From an uncultured Bordetella sp. (GTDB lineage Bacteria > Pseudomonadota > Gammaproteobacteria > Burkholderiales > Burkholderiaceae_C): DNA of 64,000 nucleotides. Every line of letters starts with the position of its first letter. The stretch's first letter is position 1. The DNA lies in the NCBI GenBank assembly GCA_964442645.1, contig CAYTZZ010000010.1:12638-76637 (forward strand), in the 5' to 3' direction. Shown piece after piece: positions 23,156 through 32,223 of this stretch. The notes beneath the pieces are model-generated. The model saw only the letters and a program-made list of their open reading frames with translations. It did not search any database and was not told where the DNA came from. The position numbers and the translations under genes are program-made.

Positions 23156-23263
23156 ATGACTCCTTGGAAACCTACCCTAGTTGGTAGCTTTCGGGTCCCC
23201 CTGGCAATTGGCGCCACCCGGATTCGAAAGCTCTTGCCCCTGAACCCTTTCGAACGATGGTGA
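23156..23263 (+). CDS. Putative 35-aa Pro-rich leader peptide (uORF) upstream of corA
   Basis: MTPWKPTLVGSFRVPLAIGATRIRKLLPLNPFERW, five Pro; stop lies 18 nt before the corA ATG. SD is weak because GGAG abuts the ATG. Confidence 0.35.
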   Translation: MTPWKPTLVGSFRVPLAIGATRIRKLLPLNPFERW

Positions 23264-23281
23264 CACCCCACCACAATTGCC

Positions 23282-24268
23282 ATGCTCAATATTTTCACGC
23301 TGGCCAACGGCCGCCTGTTCCAGGAAGAAATTGAATCCCTGGAAGAACTCTCCAAATTCCAGCCGATCTGGGTGGACTTGGAAGCCCCCACCCTGGAAGA
23401 AAAGCGCTGGATCAAGCAGTACTACGGCTTGTCAATTCCCGAAGACGCGATGGACGAGGACATCGAGGAATCGGCGCGTTTCTACGAAGAAGACAACGGC
23501 GAGTTGCACATCCGCAGCGACTTTTTGATTGCCGACGAAGATGCGCCCCGCACCGTGCGTGTGGCTTTCATCTTGAACCAGCACAACCAGGACCTGAAAA
23601 GCCGTGGTGTGCTGTTTTCGATCCACGACGAAGACGTGCCGGTGTTTCGCCTGCTGCGCCTGCGTGCGCGCCGCGCGCCCGGCTTGATTGAGGACGCCAA
23701 GGAAGTCTTGCTCAAGCTGTTCGATGCCGACGCCGAGTATTCGGCCGACACCCTGGAGAACATCTACGACCAGCTGGAGCAAGCCGGCAAGATGGTGCTG
23801 TCCGGCGATGTCACCGACGCCCTGGCCGGGGAAGTGCTGGGCGCCATTGCGCGCCAGGAAGACTTGAATGGCCGCATCCGGCGCAACGTGATGGACACCC
23901 GGCGCGCGGTCAGCTTCATGATGCGCTCGCGCATGCTGAATGCCGAACAATTTGAAGAGGCCCGGCAAATTCTGCGCGACATTGAGTCGCTGGACAGTCA
24001 CACCGCGTTTTTGTTCGACAAGATCAACTTCTTGATGGACGCCACCGTGGGTTTCATCAACATCAACCAGAACAAGATCATCAAGATCTTCTCGGTGGCC
24101 AGCGTGGCCTTGCTGCCCCCGACCTTGATCGCCAGCATCTACGGCATGAACTTTCAGTTCATGCCCGAGCTCAACCAAACCTGGGGCTACCCCATGGCCC
24201 TGGCCCTGATGGTCGCCAGCGCCCTGGTGCCCATGTGGTATTTCCGAAAGCGCGGCTGGCTGAAGTAA
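23282..24268 (+). CDS. corA: Magnesium/cobalt transporter CorA
   Basis: IEESARFYE, LLPPTLIASIYGMNF (GMN selectivity motif), two C-terminal TMs, YFRKRGWL. Confidence 0.96.
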   Translation: MLNIFTLANGRLFQEEIESLEELSKFQPIWVDLEAPTLEEKRWIKQYYGLSIPEDAMDEDIEESARFYEEDNGELHIRSDFLIADEDAPRTVRVAFILNQHNQDLKSRGVLFSIHDEDVPVFRLLRLRARRAPGLIEDAKEVLLKLFDADAEYSADTLENIYDQLEQAGKMVLSGDVTDALAGEVLGAIARQEDLNGRIRRNVMDTRRAVSFMMRSRMLNAEQFEEARQILRDIESLDSHTAFLFDKINFLMDATVGFININQNKIIKIFSVASVALLPPTLIASIYGMNFQFMPELNQTWGYPMALALMVASALVPMWYFRKRGWLK

Positions 24269-24275
24269 GCCTGGC

Positions 24276-25037
24276 TCAGGGCCGCCGCGCGGCCAGGTGT
24301 TGCAACAAGGCGTTCATCACCTCGGCACTGTATCGAGCGGCAATCTCGCGAATGAACTGCAAAAAGTCGATGGTGGCATCTTCGTCCGCGCGATCGGAGA
24401 TGATGCGCACGGCGGCAAAAGGCACCTGGTAGTCATGGCAGACCTGTGCCATCGCCGCACCTTCCATTTCAACGGCCAAGGCGTCAGGCAGCCGCTGCTG
24501 CAAGTCTTGGCTTTCGGCTTGGCTGGACACGAAGCGGTCGCCGCTCACCACCAAGCCCGACAGCACACGCGCCTGCTCGAGTGGCAAACCCAGCCTGGAG
24601 GTCATGGGCAATTGCGCCAGCAAGCGCGGCAGTGCTTGCTGGGCGGCCACCTGCAGCGAAGCGGTCAAGGCCGCATCGACTGAAAATTGGGCGCGCCCAT
24701 ACAAGGGCACTTCGTAACGGGGAAAGAGCGGCGAGGCATCCAGGTCATGCTGTAAAAAGCCATTGGCCACCACCACATCGCCGATGCGCGCCTGGGGCGA
24801 CAAGCCGCCGGCCACCCCTGTGAAAACGATGCGCGACACACCGAAACGCTCAACCAAGGTGGTGGCCGTGGTGGCTGCCGCCACTTTGCCAATGCGCGAC
24901 AAAACAGCCACGACGGGCTCGCCATGCCAGGAGCCTCGCCAAAAGGTGCGGCCAGCCACTTCTTCGGGTTGCGCCTTCAGCAGCGCCAGTACCGCTGACA
25001 GCTCTTCCTGCATGGCACTGACAATGGCCGTGGTCAT
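24276..25037 (-). CDS. mtnN: 5'-methylthioadenosine/S-adenosylhomocysteine nucleosidase
   Basis: IVSAMQEE, SRIGKVAAA, FTGVAGGL, SGDRFV, AVEMEGAA, RIISDRAD. Confidence 0.9.
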   Translation of the reverse strand: MTTAIVSAMQEELSAVLALLKAQPEEVAGRTFWRGSWHGEPVVAVLSRIGKVAAATTATTLVERFGVSRIVFTGVAGGLSPQARIGDVVVANGFLQHDLDASPLFPRYEVPLYGRAQFSVDAALTASLQVAAQQALPRLLAQLPMTSRLGLPLEQARVLSGLVVSGDRFVSSQAESQDLQQRLPDALAVEMEGAAMAQVCHDYQVPFAAVRIISDRADEDATIDFLQFIREIAARYSAEVMNALLQHLAARRP

Positions 25038-25061
25038 GGCTGGCCTACTAGAAGCAATAGG

Positions 25062-26741
25062 TTATTTTTTGTCACGCAGCTCACGGCGCAGTATTTTTCC
25101 CACCGGCGTTTTGGGCAAGTCGGCGCGAAATTCGATCAGCTTGGGCAACTTGTATCCGGTGAGGTTGTTTTTGCAATGCTCACGAACTTGTGTTTCGGTC
25201 AGCGCGGGGTCTTTTTTGACCACCACCAGCTTCACCGCCTCGCCCGACTTGTCGTCAGGAACGCCGATCACAGCGCATTCGAGCACGCCCGGCAAGGAGG
25301 CCACCACGTCTTCGACCTCGTTGGGGTACACATTGAAGCCACTGACCAAAATCATGTCCTTCTTGCGGTCAACGATCTTGAAGTAGCCACGGGCATCCAT
25401 GACGCCAATGTCCCCTGACTTGAACCAGCCGTCTGGCAGCATGACCTTGGCGGTTTCATCGGGGCGTTGCCAGTAGCCGGCCATGACTTGCGGGCCTTGA
25501 ATGGCGATTTCACCCGGTTGCCCAACGGGCAGCTCGTGGCCATCGTCGTCAATGATTTTGAGGCGCGTGTTGGGCAAAGGCACGCCGATGGTGCCGCTGA
25601 ACTCGGTGCTGGTAGTGGGGTTGCAGCTGGCCGAAGGGCTGGTTTCGGACAGGCCATAGCCTTCGCAGACGGGACAGCCCGTTTTCTCCAGCCACAGCTT
25701 GGCCACGGCCGCTTGCACCGCCATGCCGCCACCCACCGACACCTTCAGGTTGGACCAGTTGACCAACCCAAAATCCGGGTGATTGGCCAGCGCGTTGAAG
25801 AGGGTGTTGACCGCCGGGAAACTGTGGAAGGTGTGCTTGGACAGCTCTTTCAACACCGCGGGAATGTCGCGCGGATTGGGAATCAGAATGTTCTTGCCCC
25901 CGGTGCGCATGGACAGCATCATGTTCACGGTGAACGCGAAGATGTGGTACAGCGGCAAGGCACACACCGAGGTGGGTTGCTCATCGGCCGGCACGCGTGC
26001 CATGGCAGGTGCGTTCCAGGCCTCGGATTGCAGCACATTGGCAATCAGGTTGCGGTGCAACAGGACCGCCCCTTTGGAGACCCCGGTGGTGCCACCGGTG
26101 TATTGCAAAACGGCCAGGTCCTCCGGCCCCAGATCTGGCTCTTGAAGTTGCGCGCCCTGGCCCAAAGACAAAGCCGTGTTGAACCGAACCGCCAGCGGAA
26201 GCTCAAAAGCGGGCACGAGTTTTTTAACGTTGCGCACCACATGGTTGACCAGCAGGCCCTTGAGCCATCCGAGCCGGTCGCCCATGGCGCACAGCACCAC
26301 GTGCTGCACAGGCGTGTTGGCCAGGCATTGCTGCAATGTGGCGGCAAAGTTTTCAATGATGACAATGGCTTTGGCGCCGGAATCCTTGAGTTGGTGTTCG
26401 AGTTCACGCGCGGTGTACAGCGGGTTGACATTGACCACCACATAGCCGGCACGCAAGATGGCCGCCACGGCCACCGGGTACTGCGGCACATTGGGCAGCA
26501 TGATGGCAATGCGGTCTCCCCGCTCCAGGCCCAGGGACTGGAAGTAAGCCGCCAAGGCCTGGCTTTGCTGGTCCAGCGCCGAATACGTCAGTTCTTTGCC
26601 GAGAAAGCTGTAGGCCACCCGATCGCCATAACGATCGAAGCTTTCCCGCATCAGCGCAACCAGGGAGGGATAGGCTTGAAGTGGCAGATCAGCCGGCACC
26701 CCCTCGGGGTAAGCGCTCAACCAAGGTCTGTCGTCTGTCAT
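25062..26741 (-). CDS. fadD: Long-chain fatty acid--CoA ligase (AMP-binding)
   Basis: QYTGGTTGVSKG, EGYGLSET, GPQVMAGYW, SGDIG, DRKKDMILVSGFNVYPNEVE, LPKTPVGKILRR. Confidence 0.9.
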   Translation of the reverse strand: MTDDRPWLSAYPEGVPADLPLQAYPSLVALMRESFDRYGDRVAYSFLGKELTYSALDQQSQALAAYFQSLGLERGDRIAIMLPNVPQYPVAVAAILRAGYVVVNVNPLYTARELEHQLKDSGAKAIVIIENFAATLQQCLANTPVQHVVLCAMGDRLGWLKGLLVNHVVRNVKKLVPAFELPLAVRFNTALSLGQGAQLQEPDLGPEDLAVLQYTGGTTGVSKGAVLLHRNLIANVLQSEAWNAPAMARVPADEQPTSVCALPLYHIFAFTVNMMLSMRTGGKNILIPNPRDIPAVLKELSKHTFHSFPAVNTLFNALANHPDFGLVNWSNLKVSVGGGMAVQAAVAKLWLEKTGCPVCEGYGLSETSPSASCNPTTSTEFSGTIGVPLPNTRLKIIDDDGHELPVGQPGEIAIQGPQVMAGYWQRPDETAKVMLPDGWFKSGDIGVMDARGYFKIVDRKKDMILVSGFNVYPNEVEDVVASLPGVLECAVIGVPDDKSGEAVKLVVVKKDPALTETQVREHCKNNLTGYKLPKLIEFRADLPKTPVGKILRRELRDKK

Positions 26742-26757
26742 GGGGCCTCCCGCCGCT

Positions 26758-28182
26758 TTATTCGATGGCTTTCACCATGTCTTCCACAACCTTTTTGGCA
26801 TCGCCAAACACCATCATGGTTTTGTCCATGTAGAACAACTCGTTGTCCAAGCCGGCATAACCGGCCGCCATGGAGCGCTTGTTCACAATGATGGTTTTGG
26901 CTTTGTAGGCCTCAAGAATGGGCATGCCATAAATCGGGCTGCCCTTGACGTGGGCCGCAGGGTTGACCACGTCGTTGGCGCCCAGGATGATGGCCACGTC
27001 GACCTGGCCGAACTCGCCATTGATGTCTTCCATTTCAAACACCTGGTCGTAGGGCACTTCGGCTTCGGCGAGCAACACGTTCATGTGGCCCGGCATGCGG
27101 CCTGCCACGGGGTGGATGGCGTATTTCACGCTGACGCCTTTTTCGGTCAGCTTGGCGGCCAACTCTTTGACGGCATGCTGCGCACGGGCCACGGCCAGGC
27201 CATAGCCTGGCACGATGACCACGGTTTCGGCGTTGCCCATGACAAAGGCGGCATCGTCGGCGCTGCCGCTCTTGACGTTGCGTTGCTGTTGCGCGCCTGC
27301 GGCAGCGGTGCCAGCCTCGCCACCAAAGCCACCCAAAATCACGTTGAAGAATGAGCGGTTCATGGCCTTGCACATGATGTAGCTCAGGATCGCCCCCGAG
27401 CTGCCCACCAACGATCCGGCAATGATCAACATGCTGTTGTTCAGCGAGAAGCCAATGCCTGCGGCGGCCCAGCCCGAGTAGCTGTTGAGCATGGACACCA
27501 CCACCGGCATGTCGGCGCCGCCGATGGGAATGATGATCAACACGCCCAGCACGAAGGACAGCGCCAGCATGACCAGGAAAGCGTCCCAGTTTTGGGTGAA
27601 CATGAACACCAGGCCCAGGCCCACGGTGGCCAGACCAACCACCAGGTTGATCATGTGCTGTCCCTGGAACACCACAGGCGCGCCCTGGAACAGACGGAAC
27701 TTGTATTTGCCCGACAGCTTGCCAAAGGCAATGACCGAGCCACTGAAGGTGATGGCACCAATGGCCGCGCCCAGGAACAGCTCCAGGCGGTTGCCGGCGG
27801 GAATCGGATCGCCTGCCTTGGCCACGATCTGGAAAGCCTGCGGCTCGACCACGGCCGCCACGGCGATGAACACCGCGGCCAAGCCAATCATGCTGTGCAT
27901 GAAGGCCACGAGCTCGGGCATTTTGGTCATTTCCACGCGCTGGGCCATGATGGCGCCGGCAGCGCCACCGACCAGCAAGCCGAACAAGACCCAACCCAGG
28001 CCCAGGGCGGAGCCCGCGAGTTGCACAATCAGGGCCGCCGTGGTGAGTACGGCCAAGGTCATGCCCACCATGCCAAACACGTTGCCGCGGATGGACGTTG
28101 TGGGGTGAGACAGGCCTTTCAAAGCCTGAATAAAGCAAACGCTGGCCACCAGGTACAGCAGCGTGACAAGGTTCATGCTCAT
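26758..28182 (-). CDS. pntB: NAD(P) transhydrogenase beta subunit
   Basis: TKMPELVAFMHSMIG, IGGADMPVVVSMLNSYSG, IHPVAGRMPGHMNVLLAEA, IGA/LGANDVVNP. Confidence 0.97.
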   Translation of the reverse strand: MSMNLVTLLYLVASVCFIQALKGLSHPTTSIRGNVFGMVGMTLAVLTTAALIVQLAGSALGLGWVLFGLLVGGAAGAIMAQRVEMTKMPELVAFMHSMIGLAAVFIAVAAVVEPQAFQIVAKAGDPIPAGNRLELFLGAAIGAITFSGSVIAFGKLSGKYKFRLFQGAPVVFQGQHMINLVVGLATVGLGLVFMFTQNWDAFLVMLALSFVLGVLIIIPIGGADMPVVVSMLNSYSGWAAAGIGFSLNNSMLIIAGSLVGSSGAILSYIMCKAMNRSFFNVILGGFGGEAGTAAAGAQQQRNVKSGSADDAAFVMGNAETVVIVPGYGLAVARAQHAVKELAAKLTEKGVSVKYAIHPVAGRMPGHMNVLLAEAEVPYDQVFEMEDINGEFGQVDVAIILGANDVVNPAAHVKGSPIYGMPILEAYKAKTIIVNKRSMAAGYAGLDNELFYMDKTMMVFGDAKKVVEDMVKAIE

Positions 28183-28502
28183 TTGGCATCTCCTTGGGCA
28201 GCAGGCGCCTTTTTCTCTTTCTTCTTGAACATCTCCAGCATGCGTCGCGTCACAAGAAAGCCACCGAACACATTCACGGCGGCCAGCGTGACCGCCAGCA
28301 CGCCCATGGTTTTACCCAGGGTGGTTTCGGTCAAGGCGGCCGCCAGCATGGCGCCCACAATGACAATGGCCGACACCGCATTGGTCACCGCCATCAAGGG
28401 GGTGTGCAAGGCGGGGGTGACGGTCCAGACCACGTGGTAGCCCACGTAGATGGCCAGCACAAAAATGATCAGGTTGGTCAGGGTAGGTGAAACGAGTTCC
28501 AT
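28179..28502 (-). CDS. pntA: NAD(P) transhydrogenase alpha subunit, C-terminal (membrane) part
   Basis: VTPALHTPLMAVTNAVS, VNVFGGFLVTRRMLEMF. Three-gene transhydrogenase arrangement. Confidence 0.95.
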   Translation of the reverse strand: MELVSPTLTNLIIFVLAIYVGYHVVWTVTPALHTPLMAVTNAVSAIVIVGAMLAAALTETTLGKTMGVLAVTLAAVNVFGGFLVTRRMLEMFKKKEKKAPAAQGDAK

Positions 28503-28504
28503 GC

Positions 28505-29620
28505 TTATTTCCTTTTCACCTCGCCAGCCTGGGTCATGAGACAGGCAGCGACGATGTCATCTTCGAGGTCAACTTTGAAAGCGCCTTCTTTGTCGATCAC
28601 CAGTTTGAGGAAATCGAGCACATTGCGCGCATAAAGGGAGCTGGCATCGGCCGCGACCAGGGCGGGCAAATTGGTTTCGCCCACCAGGGTGACGCCATGC
28701 TTGACCACGGTCTTGCCCGCCTCGGTCAGCGGGCAGTTGCCGCCTTGCGGTGCGGCCAGGTCCACGATCACCGAGCCGGCCTTCATGCTCTTGACCATCT
28801 CTTCGGTCACCAACACCGGCGCAGCACGGCCTGGAATCAAGGCGGTGGTGATCACCACGTCGGCCTGTGCCACGCGCTTGGCGACTTCGGCCTTTTGGCG
28901 CTCCAGCCAGCTCGGCGGCATGGGGCGGGCATAGCCACCCACGCCTTCGGCGGCTTCTTTTTCTTCCTGGGTTTCGTAGGGCACGTCAATGAACTTGGCG
29001 CCCAAGGACTCGACCTGCTCTTTGACGCTGGGCCGCACATCGGAGGCCTCGATCACCGCGCCCAGACGCTTGGCGGTGGCAATGGCCTGCAAGCCGGCCA
29101 CGCCGACGCCCAAAATCACCACGCGCGCGGCCTTGACGGTGCCGGCTGCGGTCATGAGCATGGGGAAAAAGCGCTGGTATTTGTCAGCCGCCATCATCAC
29201 GGCCTTGTAGCCCGCGATGTTGGCCTGGGAAGACAGCACGTCCATGCTTTGGGCGCGGGTGGTACGTGGGGCGGCCTCCAGGGCAAAGCTGGTCAGCTGG
29301 CCACGCGCCATGCGCTGCAAGCCTTCTGCATCAAAGGGGTTGAGCATGCCGACCAGTGCCGCGCCAGGCTTCATGTGGGCCATTTCCGCATCGGAAGGGG
29401 TGCGCACTTTCAGCACCAGGTCGGCACCGAAAGCGCCGGCCGCATCGGTGATGTCAGCGCCAGCAGCTTGGTAGGCCTCGTCGGTGACGCTGGCCGCCAG
29501 GCCAGCACCCGACTGGATACGCAGGGTGTGCCCCTGCGCTTTGAGTTTTTTGACCGTTTCAGGGGTGACCGCAACGCGGGTCTCACCTGCCATGGTTTCG
29601 GCGGGCACGCCAATGAGCAT
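28505..29620 (-). CDS. pntA: NAD(P) transhydrogenase alpha subunit, N-terminal (NAD-binding) part
   Basis: ETRVAVTP, RAQSMDVLSSQANIAGYKAV, LGVGVAGLQAIATAKRLGA, TALIPGRAAP. AAGGAG RBS before ATG 29620. Confidence 0.95.
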   Translation of the reverse strand: MLIGVPAETMAGETRVAVTPETVKKLKAQGHTLRIQSGAGLAASVTDEAYQAAGADITDAAGAFGADLVLKVRTPSDAEMAHMKPGAALVGMLNPFDAEGLQRMARGQLTSFALEAAPRTTRAQSMDVLSSQANIAGYKAVMMAADKYQRFFPMLMTAAGTVKAARVVILGVGVAGLQAIATAKRLGAVIEASDVRPSVKEQVESLGAKFIDVPYETQEEKEAAEGVGGYARPMPPSWLERQKAEVAKRVAQADVVITTALIPGRAAPVLVTEEMVKSMKAGSVIVDLAAPQGGNCPLTEAGKTVVKHGVTLVGETNLPALVAADASSLYARNVLDFLKLVIDKEGAFKVDLEDDIVAACLMTQAGEVKRK

Positions 29621-29758
29621 GGGTCGTCTCCTTGTCACAGGCATGGGGTTCATGCCCAGTTTGTATGAAGTAAAATTTTCTGACCTGTAGCTTACATGAG
29701 TTTTAGTTGGTTTTGATCAACGTTGCCGCAAAGCCTTGAACACTGCCAAAATCAATTC

Positions 29759-30247
29759 ATGACGATTCGTTGGAAACCCAGTGTGACAGTGGCCGCCATC
29801 ATTGAACGTGAGGGCCGCTATTTGTTGGTCGAGGAGCAAACCCCGGAAGGCTTGCGATTGAACAACCCTGCGGGGCACCTTGACCCAGGTGAATCACCTG
29901 TGCAAGGCTGCGCCCGCGAAGCCCTGGAAGAAACCACCCACCTGTTCACCCCCTCAGAATTGGTGGGGGTTTACCTGTCGCGCTTTCACCGACCGGCACG
30001 CCCAGGCCATGCCGCCGAGGACATCACCTACTTGCGTTTCGCCTTTTGCGGCAAGCTGGGCGATGTGGTGCCCGGGCGACAGTTGGACCAGGGCATTGTC
30101 CGCACCGTCTGGCTCAGCCCCCAAGAAATTCGAGACAGCGCCGAGCGCCACCGCAGCCCCCTGGTGGTGCGGTGCATGGAAGACCATTTGCGAGGCCAGC
30201 GCTATCCGCTGGAACTGATTTACACCGACCCCACCGTGATGGCTTGA
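29759..30247 (+). CDS. NUDIX hydrolase (NudJ-like)
   Basis: WKPSVTVAA, Nudix box PAGHLDPGESPVQGCAREALEET, HRSPLV. Confidence 0.88.
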   Translation: MTIRWKPSVTVAAIIEREGRYLLVEEQTPEGLRLNNPAGHLDPGESPVQGCAREALEETTHLFTPSELVGVYLSRFHRPARPGHAAEDITYLRFAFCGKLGDVVPGRQLDQGIVRTVWLSPQEIRDSAERHRSPLVVRCMEDHLRGQRYPLELIYTDPTVMA

Positions 30248-30249
30248 GC

Positions 30250-31143
30250 CTATTTTCGGTTCACCAGCACAATGCCGACCGCAACACCGGTCAAGGCAGC
30301 GATCAAGCCTGGTGTCAGGGTCTCACCCAGCCACAAGGTGCCAAACAGCAGGGCAAAAATGGGCGTCAGGAAGACAAAAACGCTGATCTTGGTGGCCGGG
30401 TAGTGGGACAGCATCCACATCCAGGTCAAATAACTGGCAAAGGCGCCCACAAAGGTTTGCAGAAACAATGACAGCCAGGCAAAACCGCTGATGTCCAGCG
30501 TGGGTTGCTCGCCCAAACCCCAAGCAACAAAGGGCAAGACCACCGCGCTGAGGGCCACTTGGTAGAACAGCACTTTTTCGGGGGAGAGGGTGGCGAGGCG
30601 GCTGGCCCGAATCACCACCGTGGTGAGCCCCCAAAAAGCGCCCGCTCCCACCGCCAGCAGGTCGCCCAGCCAAGCCATGTCGCGCCCCAAGCTCTGCGCC
30701 AAACCATCGCGCAAGGCAAAAGCCGAGGCCACAAAAGCCACCCCTAAACCCAGCCATTGCAAAGGGCGCATCCGTTCGTTCTTGAGCCACAGAGGCAACA
30801 GCAAAGCCACCCAGAACGGCGCGGTGTAAAGAAAAATGGTCAGGCGTGACGCGCTGGTGTACTTGAGCCCAAGGTACATGCAGACAAACTCGGCCGAGAA
30901 GAGCACGCCCGCCAACAGCCCTGCACGCAGCGAGCCATCGGCCTGCCACAAGGGAATGTTGCGAATGCGGCACCAAGCCCACAGCGTCAAAGCCGAGCCC
31001 ATGAAGCGCAACGCCGCTTGCGACACCGCGGGCACCTCGGGCAAAGTGGCCTTGACCAGCACCTGCTGCCAGCCCCAAAACAGGCAACACAGCAGCAGCA
31101 GCGAAATCGCCAGCCAATCCAGGTGCGTGCGTCGGGTGTTCAT
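30250..31143 (-). CDS. DMT/EamA family transporter
   Basis: 10 TM, two EamA repeats; SRLTIFLYTAPFWVAL, SVFVFLTPIFALLFG. Confidence 0.88.
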   Translation of the reverse strand: MNTRRTHLDWLAISLLLLCCLFWGWQQVLVKATLPEVPAVSQAALRFMGSALTLWAWCRIRNIPLWQADGSLRAGLLAGVLFSAEFVCMYLGLKYTSASRLTIFLYTAPFWVALLLPLWLKNERMRPLQWLGLGVAFVASAFALRDGLAQSLGRDMAWLGDLLAVGAGAFWGLTTVVIRASRLATLSPEKVLFYQVALSAVVLPFVAWGLGEQPTLDISGFAWLSLFLQTFVGAFASYLTWMWMLSHYPATKISVFVFLTPIFALLFGTLWLGETLTPGLIAALTGVAVGIVLVNRK

Positions 31144-31185
31144 GCAAGGCTTGTCATAATGGATTGTCCAAAGGATACCCTTTTC

Positions 31186-32223
31186 ATGCTGCAAGAACGA
31201 ATTGAACCCGCCTGGCTTGACGCCTTCGAGACCGTCCTGGGCCGATGCGCTGTGCAAGCCGGTGACACCGTGGCCATTCTGTGTGAAAGCCAAAGCCGGC
31301 CCATCCTGCCGGAGTTGGCGCGCTTGGCAGCGGCGCGTTTGAAAGCCAAAGCTTTTGTGCTGCAACTCACCAGCGTGCCGGCCAGCGGTACGCCGGTGAT
31401 TCGCTCCACCGGGGCCTCCACCGCCTTGCAGCAGATCGGCCCCGTGGTTCAGGCGCTGGCCAGCAGCACGCTGGTGGTGGATTGCACCGTCGAAGGACTG
31501 ATGCACGCCCCCGAATTGCCCGCCATTTTGAAGGGTGGCGCGCGGGTGATCTATGTCAGCAATGAGCACCCCGAGGCGCTGGCGCGCCTGCTGCCCGACG
31601 AGGCCACCGAGGAGCGGGTCAAAGCGCATGTCAAACGCCTGCGCGCCACGCGTCGCATGCAGGTGCGCTCAACCGCGGGCAGCGATTTGAGCATCGACCT
31701 GGAAGGCGCCGTGGTCGGCGGCAACTGGGGCTACACCACGCGCCCTGGCACCATGACCCACTGGCCGGGCGGCTTGGCGCTGGCGTTCCCCAAAGCCGGC
31801 AGCGTGAAGGGCACCTTGGTGTTGGCGCCCGGCGACGTCAACCTGACCTTCAAGCGCTATTTGGAGCGACCGGTGGTGCTGACCATCGACAACGATTACG
31901 TCACCCGCATCGAGGGTGAGGGCGTGGACGCCGAGTTGATGCGCAGCTACATCGCGGCCTGGGGCGACCGCGAAGCCTATGCGGTCAGCCACGTGGGCTA
32001 TGGCTTGAACGAGGCCGCGCGCTGGGACAGCATGGCGGGCTACGACAAGCGAGATTTCAATGGCACCGAGCTGCGCGCGTTTGCCGGCAATTTTTTGTAC
32101 AGCACCGGGGCCAACGAATTTGCCAAGCGCTACACCCTGGGGCACTTTGACCTGCCCCTGCGCGGTTGCACCCTTCAGCTGGACGGCGACACGGTGGTGG
32201 ACCAAGGCCGGCTGGTCGCATGA
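31186..32223 (+). CDS. NicX-like (2,5-dihydroxypyridine dioxygenase / peptidase M29-like fold) metalloenzyme
   Basis: Matches my recollection of NicX in THWPGG, GTLVLAPGDV, SHVGYGL, RAFAGNFLYSTG and GHFDLPLR, which retain the His/His/Asp metal ligands. Confidence 0.7.
   Translation: MLQERIEPAWLDAFETVLGRCAVQAGDTVAILCESQSRPILPELARLAAARLKAKAFVLQLTSVPASGTPVIRSTGASTALQQIGPVVQALASSTLVVDCTVEGLMHAPELPAILKGGARVIYVSNEHPEALARLLPDEATEERVKAHVKRLRATRRMQVRSTAGSDLSIDLEGAVVGGNWGYTTRPGTMTHWPGGLALAFPKAGSVKGTLVLAPGDVNLTFKRYLERPVVLTIDNDYVTRIEGEGVDAELMRSYIAAWGDREAYAVSHVGYGLNEAARWDSMAGYDKRDFNGTELRAFAGNFLYSTGANEFAKRYTLGHFDLPLRGCTLQLDGDTVVDQGRLVA

Noticed and set aside
29621-29758. HexR or Rex operator and a small hairpin upstream of pntA
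   Set aside because: TGTAGCTTACA has the wrong spacing for the motifs I recall, and the 6-bp GGCATG/CATGCC hairpin is too short to distinguish from chance.
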